Positions 50,688 to 51,681 of a DNA stretch of 51,681 nucleotides are shown one piece after another (position 1 is the stretch's first letter; each line of letters starts with the position of its first letter). The stretch is taken from NCBI GenBank assembly GCA_964355365.1, contig CAYHEX010000001.1, forward strand, positions 1 through 51,681, written 5' to 3'. The notes under the pieces are model-generated. The model did no database searches. It saw only the letters and a program-made list of their open reading frames with translations, and was not told the origin of the DNA. The position numbers and the translations under genes are program-made. The DNA comes from an uncultured Solibacteraceae bacterium. GTDB lineage: Bacteria; Acidobacteriota; Vicinamibacteria; Vicinamibacterales; SCN-69-37.

Positions 50688-51681
50688 TCAGATTAGCCCC
50701 AGCTCTGTACCGACCTTCTGAAAGACGTCGAGCGCGTACTGAAGTTCCTCGCGTGTGTGCGCGGCCGTCACGATCGTTCGCACACGGGCTTTGTCGCGAG
50801 CCACGGTCGGGAAGGCGATTCCGGACGCGAACACGCCTTCCTGAAACAGGCGATCCGACAGTTTCATGGCCAGCGCGCCTTCGCCGGCGATGACCGGCGT
50901 GATCGGGCTGTCACTGATGCCGGTGTTGAAGCCCGCGTCCTGCAGACCCTTCTTGAAGAAGCGCGTGTTGTCCCAGAGCCTGTCGATCAGTTCCGGTTCG
51001 TTCTCGAGAATGTCGATGGCCGCGATGCAGGCTGCCGCCACACCGGGCGGGTGCGACGTCGAGAACAGGAAGGGACGCGCGCGATGGTAGAGGAACTCGA
51101 TGAAGTTCTTCGTGCCCGCGACGTAGCCGCCCAGCGAACCGAGCGCCTTCGACAGCGTGCCGACCTGCACGTCCACGCGTCCGTGCATATCGAAATGATC
51201 CACGGTGCCGCGGCCGTTCTTGCCAAACACGCCGCTCGCATGTGCATCGTCGACCATCATGATGCAGCCGTACTCGTCGGCGATGTCGCAGAGCGCAGGT
51301 AGCGGACCGAGGTCGCCGTCCATGCTGAACACGCCGTCGGTGATGAGCAGCTTGCGCTGGCCGGACGGCAGGTCCTTGACGATCTTGCGCGCCGCGTCGA
51401 CGTCCTTGTGCGGAAACACCTTGATCGGCGCTTTGCTCAACCGGCAGCCGTCGATGATGCTCGCGTGGTTCAGTTCATCGGAAATGATGACGTCGTCTTT
51501 GTTGAGGAGCGACGACACGGTGCCCGCGTTCGCCGTGAAGCCGCTTTGAAAGACGACGACCGCTTCGGTTTTTTTGAAGACGGCGAGCCGACGTTCGAGC
51601 TCCATGTGGATCGACATCGTGCCGGCGATCGTGCGCACGGCGCCTGAGCCGACGCCGAATTCGAGCGTGGCTTTCACCATC
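50688..51681 (-). CDS. kbl: Glycine C-acetyltransferase / 2-amino-3-ketobutyrate CoA ligase (alpha-oxoamine synthase family), 5' end beyond window
   Basis: At least 330 aa. ISDELNHASIIDG, ITDGVFSMDGD, DDAHASG, GTLSKALG (PLP lysine). Collinear with my recollection of E. coli Kbl to the C-terminal LG(V/L)I. BioF cannot be strictly excluded. Confidence 0.85.
   Translation of the reverse strand, partial: MVKATLEFGVGSGAVRTIAGTMSIHMELERRLAVFKKTEAVVVFQSGFTANAGTVSSLLNKDDVIISDELNHASIIDGCRLSKAPIKVFPHKDVDAARKIVKDLPSGQRKLLITDGVFSMDGDLGPLPALCDIADEYGCIMMVDDAHASGVFGKNGRGTVDHFDMHGRVDVQVGTLSKALGSLGGYVAGTKNFIEFLYHRARPFLFSTSHPPGVAAACIAAIDILENEPELIDRLWDNTRFFKKGLQDAGFNTGISDSPITPVIAGEGALAMKLSDRLFQEGVFASGIAFPTVARDKARVRTIVTAAHTREELQYALDVFQKVGTELGLI

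Overview
This 51.7 kb window is the chromosomal replication-origin region of a high-GC (roughly 60-65% by eye) didermic bacterium. The gene content is Acidobacteriota/Deltaproteobacteria-like, but the phylum cannot be determined without a database search.

Left of the origin, on the minus strand, lie dnaA, dnaN, gyrB and gyrA(5' part). There is no recF. DnaA-box clusters flank dnaA on both sides, and an AT-rich patch sits in the dnaA-dnaN spacer.

Right of the origin, an almost unbroken plus-strand gene train runs about 24 kb:
- rpmH-rnpA-yidD-yidC-jag-mnmE-mnmG-rsmG
- a perfect parS, then parA-parB
- an F1/b-type ATP synthase cluster (b', b, delta, alpha, gamma, beta, epsilon; no a/c/I)
- a PP2C phosphatase, Wzm/Wzt polysaccharide ABC exporter and HldC
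- mfd, a SurA-like PPIase, a NusG paralog and dusB

The remaining 21 kb is mixed-strand and accessory-like. The most interesting part is a compact regulatory island at about 30.1-36.5 kb. It contains:
- a sigma-54 enhancer-binding response regulator, co-transcribed with a very basic (D/E)(R/K)KPFG tandem-repeat protein and a Dabb protein
- divergent from these, an excisionase-type HTH ORF and a stand-alone histidine-kinase DHp (H-box) mini-ORF, in the same frame and separated by one TAG
- a textbook sigma-54 -24/-12 promoter in front of a FliA/WhiG-type sigma factor, with no flagellar genes nearby
- a convergent PAS-HK-REC hybrid kinase preceded by a PCYCGC lipoprotein

I read this island as a possible HK-REC -> DHp-only phosphotransferase -> sigma-54 EBP -> sigma-28-type sigma cascade. 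This is inference only.

Further right are:
- an SDR/YhaM-like/EamA/HExxH-membrane operon and an isolated fabZ
- a GAF-GAF-SpoIIE phosphatase facing an output-less GAF membrane sensor
- an odd M1-peptidase/NuoG-like/DsbD operon
- a membrane SpoIIE phosphatase with no canonical start codon for its apparent N-terminus
- kbl (partial)

No rRNA, tRNA, CRISPR array or mobile element was seen. All calls rest on motif recognition in the translations and direct reading of the DNA. No searches were run.
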